A DNA stretch of 53,232 nucleotides from Octopus bimaculoides (Eukaryota): assembly GCF_001194135.2 (NCBI RefSeq), contig NC_068990.1:2073979-2127210 (forward strand), read 5' to 3'. Of this stretch, positions 26,990 through 39,503 are shown piece after piece. The notes under the pieces were generated by a model. It ran no database searches. It saw only the letters and a program-made list of their open reading frames with translations, and was not told the DNA's origin. Position 1 is the stretch's first letter. The number at the start of each line of letters is the position of its first letter. A program made the translations under genes and the position numbers.

Positions 26990-27884
26990 CTATCTATTTT
27001 ATAAAGATATTCCGTCGGCTTGTTGCGTCGAATTCAGCACATGTGTTTGTGACTTCTTTCAGTGGTGCAATTAAGCCGGAGATAACGTATGGGCATTACA
27101 GATTAAGGCGAACCGTTCCTTGGAGAGGTTTCAACGCAGTTTGCACCCACAAATGTCAATTTACTACGCAGTCATTGTGGAACTGAAACCCTTAAGCGCT
27201 TTGTTGGAAAGGGGATTTCTTAACTACACGCTTATGTGTTTGTGCTCATTAGTATTAGACTTAGTTTAAGCATAGTAACTTTATCGTCGTTTGCATAGCC
27301 AATCGTTGATATATCTGATCAATAACGGATTCATTGAATGCTATATTATATATTGAGATATAATGGGAAATTGGCCGAAGTTTATCGTAACTTTTATTCC
27401 ATAGTCACCTTCCCTTCACTTCCACGCTCACCTCCGCTACCGCCATTTATCTTGAAAATGTATGTAGCCGGTCAGTGATTGCTCAAACGTTAGCAGCCGT
27501 CTTAACGGCTGGAGAAGCAGAGCTAACAGGTTATGAATTCATGCAATATATCTTGCCTGATTATAACTCAACTGAAGACATTTTAAAAACCTGCATAAGT
27601 TCCACCCACACTCTGCTCCTCACAAATCAACCGGTTTAAAATTTACTTCTTAGCAATATTCAATATTCTAGCTCTATAAGTAGTTTGTTTTATGTTAACT
27701 TTTCAAATATTTCATCCGCACCAGGCCTCTTTCTGTTAGCTATGCAGCTATATGGACGTGGAAGCTTCTAAAATATCTTCTCTGACTTGCATCAAACTAT
27801 TTGGTGATTCATCTAATCTTTATAAATTGACCTGCTGACTTCAGCATCCGTCTACTCGAAATATTTGTTTAATAATTGATTTAC

Positions 27885-27963
<79 letters not shown>

Positions 27964-28046
27964 NNNNNNNNNNNNNNNNNNNNNNNNNNNNNNNNNNNNN
28001 NNNNNNNNNNNNNNNNNNNNNNNNNNNNNNNNNNNNNNNNNNNNNN

Positions 28047-28101
<55 letters not shown>

Positions 28102-28924
28102 TTGTGTGTGTGTATTCTTTTATCTTTTACTTCTTTCAGTCATAATACTATCGCCATGCTGGAGCACCGCTTTGAAGTCTGGTACTTATTCTGTCGGGTT
28201 GTTTTGACGAATCACTAAGTTGTGTTGTGACGTGGTGAGTGGGGGACAAACACATGCACAGACACACACGCATATATATATATATGTAAGTGCGCATGCA
28301 CACACACATACACGTACATTTATATCATCATCATCATCATCATCCTCATCATCACCATCGTCATTTAATGTTTACCAAATTCACTCACAAAATTTTGTTC
28401 AGACTTTGGCTGTAGTAGAAGACACTTGACCAGTTAGACGGAACTCGAAATTACATGGTTGCAAATCTGGCTTCTTACCCACAAATATATTTCTATACAT
28501 AATACACATAAAATTCAGACGGCTGGCCGAATTAATCCTTCGAACTTTCAGAATTAGAAAGCAGGAAACCACGAAAGACCTCTGCTGGACATATTTCCTC
28601 AGCCGCTTGGACTACTACTCACAATTCTGCTCACCATACAGTATAATATTAACGGTGGAACTCGAAGTAATCCAACCATGAGGTTGTTTAGAATGTGAAG
28701 AAGTGTAGGCTCTGCAAAACTAAAAGAGAGTTAAGGAAGGCTATTATTAATCGTACTGAAATTGATAACCTCCATTGAGCTTTGAACACAGTAAAATTAA
28801 TTCTCTTCAATTATAAATGATTAAACAAAACTGGCATACATGAATTTTAAGTAAGAAGTATGTTGGTGACAATTATGTCCTAATTACTAGTCGTAGTGAT
28901 GAGGTAAAAAATGAATGATTAAAT

Positions 28925-29230
28925 TAAAGTCTGGGTTGATAGTTAACATAGACCAAATGCTCCAGTCCGACTTGCAATAATTCAAGCAAGACAGTCGACT
29001 TATTTATAGGCCGGAAGAAACACAAAGACTAACCAGCTGCAGATTCTCCAGAACTTGAAGCAAGCAAAGAATCAAAGAATGGTTTGAAATGCTGGAGAAA
29101 AGAGCAGCTTTGTATAACAGTAAACTGACCTCAGAAATACTTTGTGAAGATGTTGCAACAAAATTTTCAGCAAATGTAGCTGAACCAAATATTGAACAGC
29201 AGGTTTATGATATTGATGAGACTGGATATA
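28925..29230 (+). mobile_element. pogo/Tigger-like transposase fossil, CENP-B-type HTH to first catalytic Asp
   Basis: Decayed WVDS*HRPNAPVRLAIIQAR, EASK...GWF-like segment, and NIEQQVYDIDETG (compare Tigger QVFNADETG). Confidence 0.78.
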
Positions 29231-29799
29231 TGTGCGTACATTTAAATATATGCATCAGAAGGTGTGATTGCTGAATGACTTTGCCACTGCAGTTTACAAT
29301 TCTTTCTTGGATAAATATTTATGTTAATCCATGCATGCATTTATGTGTATGTGTGTTTCTATTGAGAAATACAAACCGCGCCTGAATATGAACACAGAAC
29401 GAATTTTGGGATTTTGGAAATACTTTCATTCATGAACGTATAACCATCATTATTTTAATTTATGAAATTTATGACTTCGTAATATAATACTACAACTTTA
29501 CCCCTCAGAAAAATTATATCTCCCGAAAAAGTGCAATTACCTCCCACGTCTGAAATAACACCAGTCACCAATTACCAATTACACGCAGGTTCATTACAAA
29601 CAAACTCTCAATCAACCTGCACAAAGTAAACTTTCTTTAACAAAATTGCAACATTTTCACCAATTTCCCGGTCAGGATTAAAAAAAACGTGAAACTGGTT
29701 GACTACCAAATAAAATTTACAAAAATGCATAAATTGTATGCATTTTCTGTCTTTTCTTGACATTACTACATCCGGCTCATGGTCGTTAGACTGGAACTT

Positions 29800-30430
29800 T
29801 GAAGGAACATATCGTATCTTAGAATAAAGAAGCTAAATGCAGACTGCCATATTGATAGAATTAGTACGACATTAAACTGAAGCCAGTACTAGTCTATCAC
29901 ATCAAAAAATACTTTGAAAGAAATGCTATACGCCATATGGAAGTAAAAAAAAAAAACTAATCAAACCAACAACCAAACAAACAAATAGCTTGACTTACTG
30001 CTACTTTGCTTCAAGATTGGTTTAGTAAGCTCGTTGTTTCTGCTGTTAAAGAATACCCTGTCGGGAATAATTTATTATTTTAGGCACGGTTTGATTTTGA
30101 TAATGATTCATTATTAGAGGATAATAGAGGAAACTAAAGCGGTATTTTTGCTTGCAAATATCACAAGTGAAACTCAGCCAATTGATTAATCAGTAATATA
30201 AATCTTCAAAAGGTACTAAAAGAGGAAATCTGCTAAACGGACTGTCAAGACCACTGATAAGGATGTTGAGCCTTTATCAAATGGATTCTGTAAAATATAG
30301 ACTATCTGGAATGCTATCGATTATATTGAAGTCGTCCGGGATTTGATAAAGGGATTGAGAGTATTAGGTTTCTGTAAAATTTTAAGTCCAAATTTAATAC
30401 AAAATTTCAAAGGATTTGATGTGACCCTTG
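29800..30430 (+). mobile_element. pogo/Tigger-like transposase fossil, DDE_1 region (continuation after ~0.55 kb interruption)
   Basis: KLKPVLVYH; KAVFLLANITSETQPID*SVI*IFKRY*KRK (compare VFLPPNTTSLIQPMDQGVI...FKAYY); TIWNAIDYI; LSPNLIQNFKGF. Many stops. Confidence 0.8.
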
Positions 30431-30524
30431 ATGGTGACACAGCTTTTGAATCAGCTTCATTTCAGTGACTCTGCAGAAGATACGAATGGATTAACTCAAG
30501 CTTTGGCTCTTTGACGTGCTATTG

Positions 30525-30750
30525 AAAACGAAGACGATGATGGTGATGATGATGGTGGTGGGTGATCATGACCTTGATAATGAAGAAGAAGAAGGAGGAG
30601 GAGGATGAGGAGAAGAAGAAGAAGAGGAGGAGGAGGAGGAGAAGAAGAAGAAGAGGGGGAGGAGGAGAAGAAAAAGAAGAAGTGGAGGAGGAGGACGATG
30701 CGAAGTAGAAGAAGAAGAAGAAGAAGAAGAAGAAGAAGAAGAAGAAGAAA
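30525..30750. repeat. Compound (GAT/GGT)n then (GAA/GAG)n purine-rich tract
   Basis: About 170 nt of almost pure A/G on the + strand after a GAT/GGT run. Confidence 0.95.
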
Positions 30751-31754
30751 AAGCAGAAATCAATATTGTTAACGTTTCGGCAGTGAATAAATTGACTGAA
30801 GCATATTCACACCCGTGGAAGAATATGACCTAAATACAGAAAGAAGGTCACTGGTTCGTCGAGTTATTAATTGCGATAGTCATACAACCTTGCAGCAGAT
30901 TATGTCCTTAAGAAAAGTGGTGTTTTTCAAACTATGGGTAATCTTTGTAAAACCAAATTAATAATTAATCTGTATTAAACTCCTGTATAATCATGCTAGT
31001 TCATACGTTTATTAATTGTCAGTACTTTCATTCGTTCCTGCCATTGTCTGTATATATTCTTTCGAAACAATTTCAAAGATGATCCAAGGGGCAGAAAAAT
31101 TGATAGAAGAGTATTCTTTCTTATATTTGAAGTGTCACAATTTTCCATAGAAACCAAATAATCCCATTCGAACATACATATATGTAATAAAATGACTAAA
31201 AGTTCGTACATTTGTACATGTTTAACTCTCATGGAACAATAGCTCGTAAGATTAATACGCAATTTAAGGTCAAGTCGGAAATTCAACGTTCAAACACTTT
31301 TTTCAGAAGGGAACACTGTGTCTACCATTGAGCTAATAACTATTTCGTGTTTCAACTCTTAAATCTATAAACCATGCTTGACATTATTGTAAGTTTGCAT
31401 GCTCCTTTCCTGTTACTTACCATAATGCATTTCCCTTAGGTATAATGCTTCTTTTGTATATATATTCGCTAATTAACTGAATAAATTGTATCTATTTTTC
31501 AAAGGTATATTATTAATCAGCTGTGTCTGTGGAGTAATTTGTATGTTGATATCTTCCGATAAAGAAGTCATAATTTTGTCTAAGAGCATAAATACATGTG
31601 TACACTCATGCATGAACGCGCACATGTGAGTTGTACCAAAAGGAATGCTAAACTGGGCATTAATGTTTTTATGAACTGACATAGGTTGTTCAAATTACAT
31701 ATATTTGTAAACACTTCATTAATATTATCTCTTCAGATTTTCAATGTAGGCAAA

Positions 31755-32115
31755 TAATGGTTCCAAGTAATGCCAACCTGCCATCATTGAATTCTTAACG
31801 AAAGAACAGTGCAAGGTGACTGATATCCACAGAAGGCTACAGGTTGTTCACTGAGGTCATACCACTGACCAAGAGGTGGAAGTCGCTGAAAGAATTTGGT
31901 AGAACGGTACACGGCTGAATTTTTTCAAAGTGGATTCGAGAGTTCGTTTCAAGGATGGCACGAATGTATTGCATGTGAAGGAAATGATTTTGAGTGGTAA
32001 CTATGCATAGAAGAGGAATTATTCTACGAATATATGCAATTGAAACAACCTGTGTCAGATAATAAAAAAGTGATAATAAAAAAAGCACTTCGGTATATTT
32101 TTGGTACAACCCCCC
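31755..32115 (+). mobile_element. Internally deleted mariner element
   Basis: N-terminal AIIEFLTKEQCKVTDIHRRLQVVH joined to C-terminal EFFQSGFESSFQGWHECIACEGNDFE; catalytic core missing. Confidence 0.68.
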
Positions 32116-32237
32116 ACCATTGTGTGCGTATATGCGCGTGTGTTTGTTTAAGTATCTATCTATCTATCTATCTGTCTATTTATCTATCTATCTGTTTATT
32201 TATCCCTCCCTCCTTCTAACGATTTGTCTATCCATTA

Positions 32238-32289
<52 letters not shown>

Positions 32290-32796
32290 NNNNNNNNNNN
32301 NNNNNNNNNNNNNNNNNNNNNNNNNNNNNNNNNNNNNNNNNNNNNNNNNNNNNNNNNNNNNNNNNNNNNNNNNNNNNNNNNNNNNNNNNNNNNNNNNNNN
32401 NNNNNNNNNNNNNNNNNNNNNNNNNNNNNNNNNNNNNNNNNNNNNNNNNNNNNNNNNNNNNNNNNNNNNNNNNNNNNNNNNNAGAGAGAGAGAGAGAGAG
32501 AGAGAAATACAGATCTCTGCAGAGTTCTCCAACGTGTTTCTTAATTTGGTATGTGATTTCCATTTGTAATAAATAGTCAAAGACCGATTTTTATATATAA
32601 GAAGCTTAAAAAACCTGTAAACACAAAGCAGTTGGTTTTGGTTCATGTCTTCAATATTATATTATGTTCAACAAGCATTTTGAGATCAAAATTCTTTCAA
32701 AGGAATTTGTTTTAACCGAAAGAGCAAACATACAATTAAATAGAAACTTTTGAAATTAAATCATTATATCTTGCATATTTTCTTTTGTTCTCTAAA

Positions 32797-33011
32797 ATTG
32801 ATTTCAAATTTTGGTATAATGCCAGCAATTTCGAGGGAGAAGGTAAATCGATTAGATCACCCCCAATACTCAACTGGTACTTATTTCATCGATCCTGCAA
32901 GGATGAAAGGCAAAATCAGCTTCCGCGGAATTTGAACTCAGAACAAAAGGACAGACGGAATACCACTACGCATTTCGCCCGGCGTGCTAACGTCTCTGCC
33001 AGCTCGCCGCC
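32797..33011 (-). mobile_element. SINE family A, near full length
   Basis: + strand ends GCATTTCGCCCGGCGTGCTAACGTCTCTGCCAGCTCGCCGCC, the reverse complement of the tRNA-like head; central domain present. Confidence 0.88.
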
Positions 33012-33401
33012 TTTTTTATTTTTTCTAATATCGGCAAAATGACAGGTCACGAAAGTAATTTCCTGATCGCAGACCGTCCAATAATTATTCGCCCGGTTTA
33101 GATCGAGTTGGGAGTATCCCTGAAGCTACTCTCAAAAAAGACGCAATCAGTTAAATCGAACATGGAACCATATGAGTACGAAGCGAACATTCTCAAACAT
33201 ACGGCTGTGTCTATGTTAAATGTCTGTGAAGAGAAATATACCTGAGTCTACTTAAAGTTATTCTTCATGTAACTTTTGATTCAATAGTCGATCGATATAT
33301 TGCTAAATGTTTATGATTCAATACTTAAATGAATTCTAATATATTTCTCAAAAATTCCCTACAGTAATGCGAGTAACAATTCTTTGTGTTTTCTTTTACA
33401 G

Positions 33402-33545
33402 TTCGTGTTTCTATCTCTCCAGAAAATCGCATTTGGCAACATTCCTCTCTTCTCAATGTCAAGACGGATTTTGTTTGCAAACAACTATAGTTCTGAACGG
33501 AACGCAACTTTAGAATGGCATCTCAACAATGAAGCTAATGAAGAG
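33402..33545 (+). CDS. CFAP65: Next CFAP65-like exon: FVFLSLQKIAFGNIPLFSMSRRILFANNYSSERNATLEWHLNNEANEE
   Basis: ttttcttttacag acceptor, 144 nt open (phase 0/0), GAG|gtaagt donor. Collinear with human NVFLSQSHISLGNIPVQSKCSRLLFLNN...AFSW (recalled). Confidence 0.88.
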
Positions 33546-33854
33546 GTAAGTTGTGGATAGCTTTACCAACACATATTCCCAAATTACATTGTCTTTTAAG
33601 ACCTTAGTCGTAGACTCCAATACTAAATAATTTTGGTCGTATTTATGAAACTTCCTAGGAAACTTAAATCTTCCCTAGTTCTTGAGTTCAAATGTAATTT
33701 ATATCCCCAGAGAAATTGAAAACCAAAGTCGAAGAAAACGGAAAGAGCTAACTACTTCGTACTTTTTGTTCGGGCTTAAACATTAGCACTATTAACAAAA
33801 AAGTTAGTCGATAAAATTTACACAAGTACTTAAAAGATACTTTATATGATATAA

Positions 33855-33955
33855 TCGAATCCATCAGGTTGAAAAGTTGCAGTAACCTCGGCGGAAATTG
33901 AACTTAAAACGTAATGTTCGGCAGCTAGATACCAGGTAGCAGCCTAACGCTATTC
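33855..33955 (-). mobile_element. SINE family A fragment
   Basis: ACCTCGGCGGAAATTGAACTTAAAACGT. Confidence 0.6.
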
Positions 33956-34781
33956 GTCAACGCTCAAAGTATTCTACTTGCGTTCAGCTCTCTCTATAAT
34001 GATAATAAGCATACTATACATGCACACCAAACGTGCACGCAAACAAACATGCAGATACACATGGCTGTAAACTAGAATCACCGTCATACAAGCGCCGTTG
34101 TTCGTTTTCACTTTCCCATGGAAAATCCGGCCGGCCATGGGAAATGGCACCCTGCTGGAAACAGCTGAAGATTGTTGACAAAAAGGGCATCTGACTGTCG
34201 ATATACTGCAACAAATTCATTGTGACCATGTAAGAATGCAAAACTATCCCTTAACTGGTGATAATGCTGCTGCTGATGATGATGATGTATGTGCGTGCTT
34301 ATATATATATATATATATAAAAGACAAGTTATAAAGTTATATATATAGAAGACAAGTTGTAAATAATGGTCATTTCATATTTTTCCTTTATTAGAGTAAA
34401 TTTGGCTTACAGCTATTTTCCAGAAGTCGTTAAGTCGTTATAGGTACATTACTGATAGGTTAACTCGATTGGTCTATTGATCAATTGAGAAAAATTGAAC
34501 CACCTAAAAAGATTAATGCTACTTTTATCAGAGCCATTTCTGGTTGTAACAGAGGAAAGCGCTCTGAGAGTTCTGCTTTGTCTTATATATCCCTACCACA
34601 GATTTGCAATATAGAATTGTGATGAACCATAACCTTGGGCTCTACCATAAGAATACTTGGAGTTCTTCACTAATCTAAACATTTTCTCTCCCACCCAGTA
34701 AACACACGCACTATATATTCGTTCTTTACTCGTTTATTATTGTTCTTATTTTAAGTCATGACCATTATATNNNNNNNNNNN

Positions 34782-34812
<31 letters not shown>

Positions 34813-34824
34813 GAGAAACTCCGT

Positions 34825-35062
34825 AGGTTAAGACGATGTGGGTTCCAGTTGTTTCCGATGAATGAACGGAACAGCCTGTTCGTTAAATCAACGTGCCAGT
34901 GGCTGAACACAGAACAGACACGCGTACCTTTAACGTAGTTCACAGGAAGATTCAGCGTGACACAGGATGTGAAGATGCTGGCTCTTCGGATTACTGGTAT
35001 AACTCATTTTAGCCAGCTGAGTGGAGTGGAGCCACGGGAAATGAAGCGTCTTGCTAAATGGC
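34825..35062 (-). mobile_element. SINE sharing its 3' region with the 49729-50105 SINE
   Basis: GGTTCCAGTTG...AACGGAACAGCCTGTTCGTTAAATCAACGTG is the reverse complement of the 49729-50105 tail. Confidence 0.72.
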
Positions 35063-35958
35063 TCTCACACACACACACTTATATACATACATATACATAT
35101 ATATACACACGTATACGCACACATATGCACATATATGCACACATATACATATATATGCACACATAAACACACATATACATACATGGATTAATACGCACAC
35201 ATATTCAAGAAAGAATTGTGAAATACATTGGAAAAGTCATTCATCAATCACACCCGCTGGCGCACATATTTACATATACGCATATATGTCCCACCAACAA
35301 TGAAAAACACAAACGCACATATTCAACGACGCACAAACGCATGCACAAACTCGAGCGTGCACACGCACAAGCACACGCGCGCACACACACACACACAAAC
35401 ACACACACACATTCAAACCTCCAGTTTGTCCAGAGCTATAATGAAATAATTCAATTTCTTCGATACAGTTGTAACAACTGTGAAGTAGTCCAGCGGTAAC
35501 GTTACAGTTCGCTAATTGGTTGTGTAAACAGTAATTGGAAACGCCGTAGTTTTACGCCTATCTATATATTAGCATCTTGAAATTACATCATTTGCTACAT
35601 CAACTGCCAGCAGTTATTGGTTAGCCGAAGTAAGACCCTGCTATTAATTCTCACGCTCTTTATACACTGCCAAAAACCACTAAAGCCAATATATTTGCAG
35701 TTATCTCTTTACTGCTAGATAGTAACCTCTGTATAATGTTACTGTATTACATACACGGCTTTAGAGTATATATTGTGTCGGCAATCAGTCAACGAATGAA
35801 GGAAAGATATGATTTATTATCGCGCTACAACTACTTTCGAAACAAAAGGTTGGGCAAGAAACCTTCAGGACAATAGACTGGAAAGGCGGGGAGATAAAAT
35901 ATGAAAGCTAAATTCGTAGAAACAATAATAAACACTAAACATGTCGCATTCGTTATTA

Positions 35959-36030
35959 CAGGTTGTCGTCGACTTACGACCACAATTAATTCCGACTGAC
36001 TGGTCGTAAGTCGATTTGGTCGTAAGTCGG
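35959..36030 (+). mobile_element. Isolated Tigger/pogo-type terminal inverted repeat end
   Basis: TA|CAGGTTGTCGTCGACTTACGACC followed by two inverted subterminal GGTCGTAAGTCG copies. Confidence 0.65.
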
Positions 36031-36089
36031 CCTATAGTCCTACATAGCTTTGTTTTATATTAACTTCCTGGCTGCTCTTTACTTCTTCG

Positions 36090-36177
36090 AGTAGTAGTAG
36101 TAGTAGTAGTAGTGGCTATAATATTTATAGCAACAGCTAGAAGTAGTAGTAGTAGTAACTATGTATTCATAGCATTC

Positions 36178-36210
<33 letters not shown>

Positions 36211-36215
36211 ACTAT
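36090..36215. repeat. Interrupted (GTA)n microsatellite
   Basis: Three GTA arrays separated by similar spacers. Confidence 0.93.
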
Positions 36216-38707
36216 AGTATTCATCGTAGCAGCATCAGCAGAGCAGTAGAGCAGTCTGGTTTATAATATTTACATTTAGGCGGTGAATTGGCAAAGTTGT
36301 TAAAGGATTCGATACGATGCCGCGCTGTATTTGTCTTATCTCTTTTGCATTGAGTTGAGATGCCTTGCGAGTCGATAAAAGTCACGGTGGATTAACGGAA
36401 CGGTCTGAAAGTCAGCAAATTCCTTTTCGACATCTTTTTCGGGCATTTTTCTTTCTGACGACACTAATTCCAGACGTGAAGAGGACAGATTTGCATACAT
36501 GGGCAACTTCTAGACTTCAAAACGTCATTTCAGGTTCTGTACATGCTTAGGCAGATGTATGGTGAACACTGACCAATATTTATGCTAATGAATAACTTAA
36601 AACAATTCACAACTTCAAGCATACAAGGCAAAATGGCTGGAGCTTAGCCAAATGTTTCAATGTGTTTATGCTGAGTGTATAAAACTCCTCATGAGAACGG
36701 CATACCAGTTCGTTGCAGAGTCAACTCCCATGTATTACTTGCACTAATTTTCAGCTGAGTGCTCAGCAGTAGCATGAAATGATATGCTTTGCTCAAGGTC
36801 AGAATGCGCCATCATTCGTGAGAATTGAACCCGCTACCTAACGATAGTGAGCGAAGCACCCTAACCGCTATTTCGCGTGACTTCACCTCTAGCATAGAAC
36901 AAGGAGTAGTGTGTTTAAGTCATAAGTGATAGATACGGAAACTATTGTAGAAATTGAAGGCGATGAACTCACAACATTTATTTCTAATTTGTGTACTATG
37001 AGTTAGCTTTGTCGTTCACCATTTTGAGAACTTCTGCAAAAGAGTGTTGTCTAGGTCAGTATATACACGAATAATTACATGGTCAGTATTGACCGTTGGC
37101 GGTCCAGGGTAAAAAGTAGTATAGATGTGAAGCATCACTAGATATTTAAATGGATCTAGAAAGTTAGAACACTGGTACTGTAACAGAAATTTTGACATGA
37201 AAATATTGTAAGAAGTATATTACAATCACGTATTTCTGTCAAGTGTTAGATGCTTCTGTATGCTGTTAATGATATGGTCAAGGGCGGTTACATCTGGAGA
37301 ATTATCTTCAATTTGATATTGTGCTTGTATTCTACCGAATTAACTGCTGACTGTTTCAAAATCAATGATAGTAACATGAGGTTACAGTCACTATACAACG
37401 CGAGAAATATTTCTGTATTCGCGGTGTAGAATATCAGATTTTCACATCAGTTATATTTATAGTTTTTTTTCTTAAATATAAAGAGAGCACATCAAGAGGA
37501 ATTCTTTGAAGACATTTACATATAATAGATAGAATTTTGAATGTTATCCTCGGATCAATACTGAGCCAATAAAGGTTTGCGTAACAAGCAATCTTTGACA
37601 CCTGCTATTAATATTTCTGCATCAGTAACATGCATTTACATCTTAGTAGCAATATCTTTCTACAAATGAATTCGACTGGTTCAACAATAGTTACACATTA
37701 GATAGAATCAAATCAAAGCAAATAGCTTTAAGAATATATGTCTTTGGAATCAATATTCAACAGAAACAAATGGTATTTTTATTTCTTAAATTTACATTTT
37801 AAAGAAATCTAGTCTGAACTTTACTATGCATCAATAATGAAACGACGGTAAAATATTCTATCATCTTTGAATGTTTTCGTTTTGTGTCAAGATATAAATT
37901 TTATATTATTACTTCGTCAATGTTTATTGCTTGCCTCCTTTCAACTATGATATATGCTATTATATAGTTTGTGCCTGCAACGAGTTCATTAGAGCAAACG
38001 CTCTCTATTGTGCCCTTCTTTCGTGTACATTGTTTGAAAACTTGTATGAACCAACTAGAGAAAAGATGCTTTGTCGGATCAACTACATCTTTGTCATAAA
38101 TATGTTCGAACACAACTAAACCAAAGTTAATACCAATTCAATGGCTTTGGCTCCTTGTACAATTATTTCTCTCTATTGTAATTTAATTTCACATACTTCG
38201 ATTTCAATGAGCTTTTGTTGATAAGCTAAAAAAGAATTCTTTTCTTAATGACGTAAATATGTATCTTTGTTTGAACAATTTAATTTTGAGGTGGAAATAC
38301 AAATGCAAATGGTTGATTTTGAAATCATATGTTCACCGTTTCGTGTCATATCAAGAGTTGTGTGTTGTCTTCTTGAACCCAAGATAGGGGAAACTTGCTG
38401 TTTATGCGAAGTGCTGGTCTTACATAATTATGTCCGGTTAGAGTTTTACATAATTATGTCAAAGGGATTGCATTAGACTCAACAGATGGTCATACGCTTT
38501 TACAAAAAGCGACGTGCTCTTAGATAAAGTAGAGTGAAGACAAAATTGAGGAAAATGCCCTGTGGAATTAATGTAACGTATTTCGGTGTTGTGGAAACAT
38601 ATTTAATATTTCATCCATTCTTTTATTTGCTTTAGTCAGTGGACTAAGACCAAGCTGGAACACCGTTTCGAAGTAAATAGACGAATCCAGAAATCGTTTT
38701 AAGACTA

Positions 38708-38835
38708 CAGGGTGAGTCAAAAGTCACCATACGTACGAATAATTTATCTTTTTTATAAGAAACAGTTAAATGAAAAAACTGTTTCTAATAAAAATATAAA
38801 TTGTTCTTATGTATGGCGACTTTCTAATCACCCTG
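38708..38835. mobile_element. 128-bp Tc1/mariner-type MITE
   Basis: TA|CAGGGTGAGTCAAAAGTCACCATAC ... GTATGGCGACTTTCTAATCACCCTG|TA; ~25-bp imperfect TIRs with TA flanks. Confidence 0.88.
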
Positions 38836-38845
38836 TAGTATGTAT

Positions 38846-38878
<33 letters not shown>

Positions 38879-39503
38879 TATATACATATATATATATACA
38901 CACACATACAGACACATATGTGTGTGTATGTGTTTGTCCATTCCCAGTTCTTGACAACTGGTGTTTCTATGTCCCCCATAACTTAGCGGTTCGGCAAAAG
39001 AGAATGACAAATAAGTATCAGGCTATAAAATATCTGCAAAGATATCAAATCGCACTTTGTAGGAGCACCATTTATGCGTGGGGTTGAACAAATTCGTATA
39101 TGGGGGAATAATGGCAGATCCTATATGATATAAAAGATATAAGATTACAATTAGAAAGAAGATAGACCCAGTATTAAGTATGCACAATGTGTTGGAGTAG
39201 GTTTTTAGTGATAGATCTTTACTAATACTGTATAAATCAACCACAAAGTGGGTCGATCTATGTGAGGAAGTCCTGTTGTTAAGGATAACTGCTAAACTTT
39301 TCAGGAGGAAGATGAAAATAAATGAAAACAGGAAGGAGAAGAGGACAAATATTTAAGCTACATTTTTCTGGCGAGATATTTAGTAGAAATCATTAAATGA
39401 TATTTCGGTAGCTTTGAGTTCTGACTTAGTTGATTTGCTGTTAGAATAGCATCTGTCAGTTGCTAGATATTTTTGAGTGCACCAAGCTATGACATCTATA
39501 TTA

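Noticed and set aside
30566-30763. Glu-rich frame as a possible CFAP65 acidic exon
   Set aside because: The vertebrate Glu-rich tract lies well C-terminal of the third exon, so the order is wrong, and there are no good splice sites.
37913-38054. ELVAGTNY resembling the cystatin QVVAG motif
   Set aside because: Gln is absent, and the spacing to the supposed downstream strand does not fit a stefin fold.
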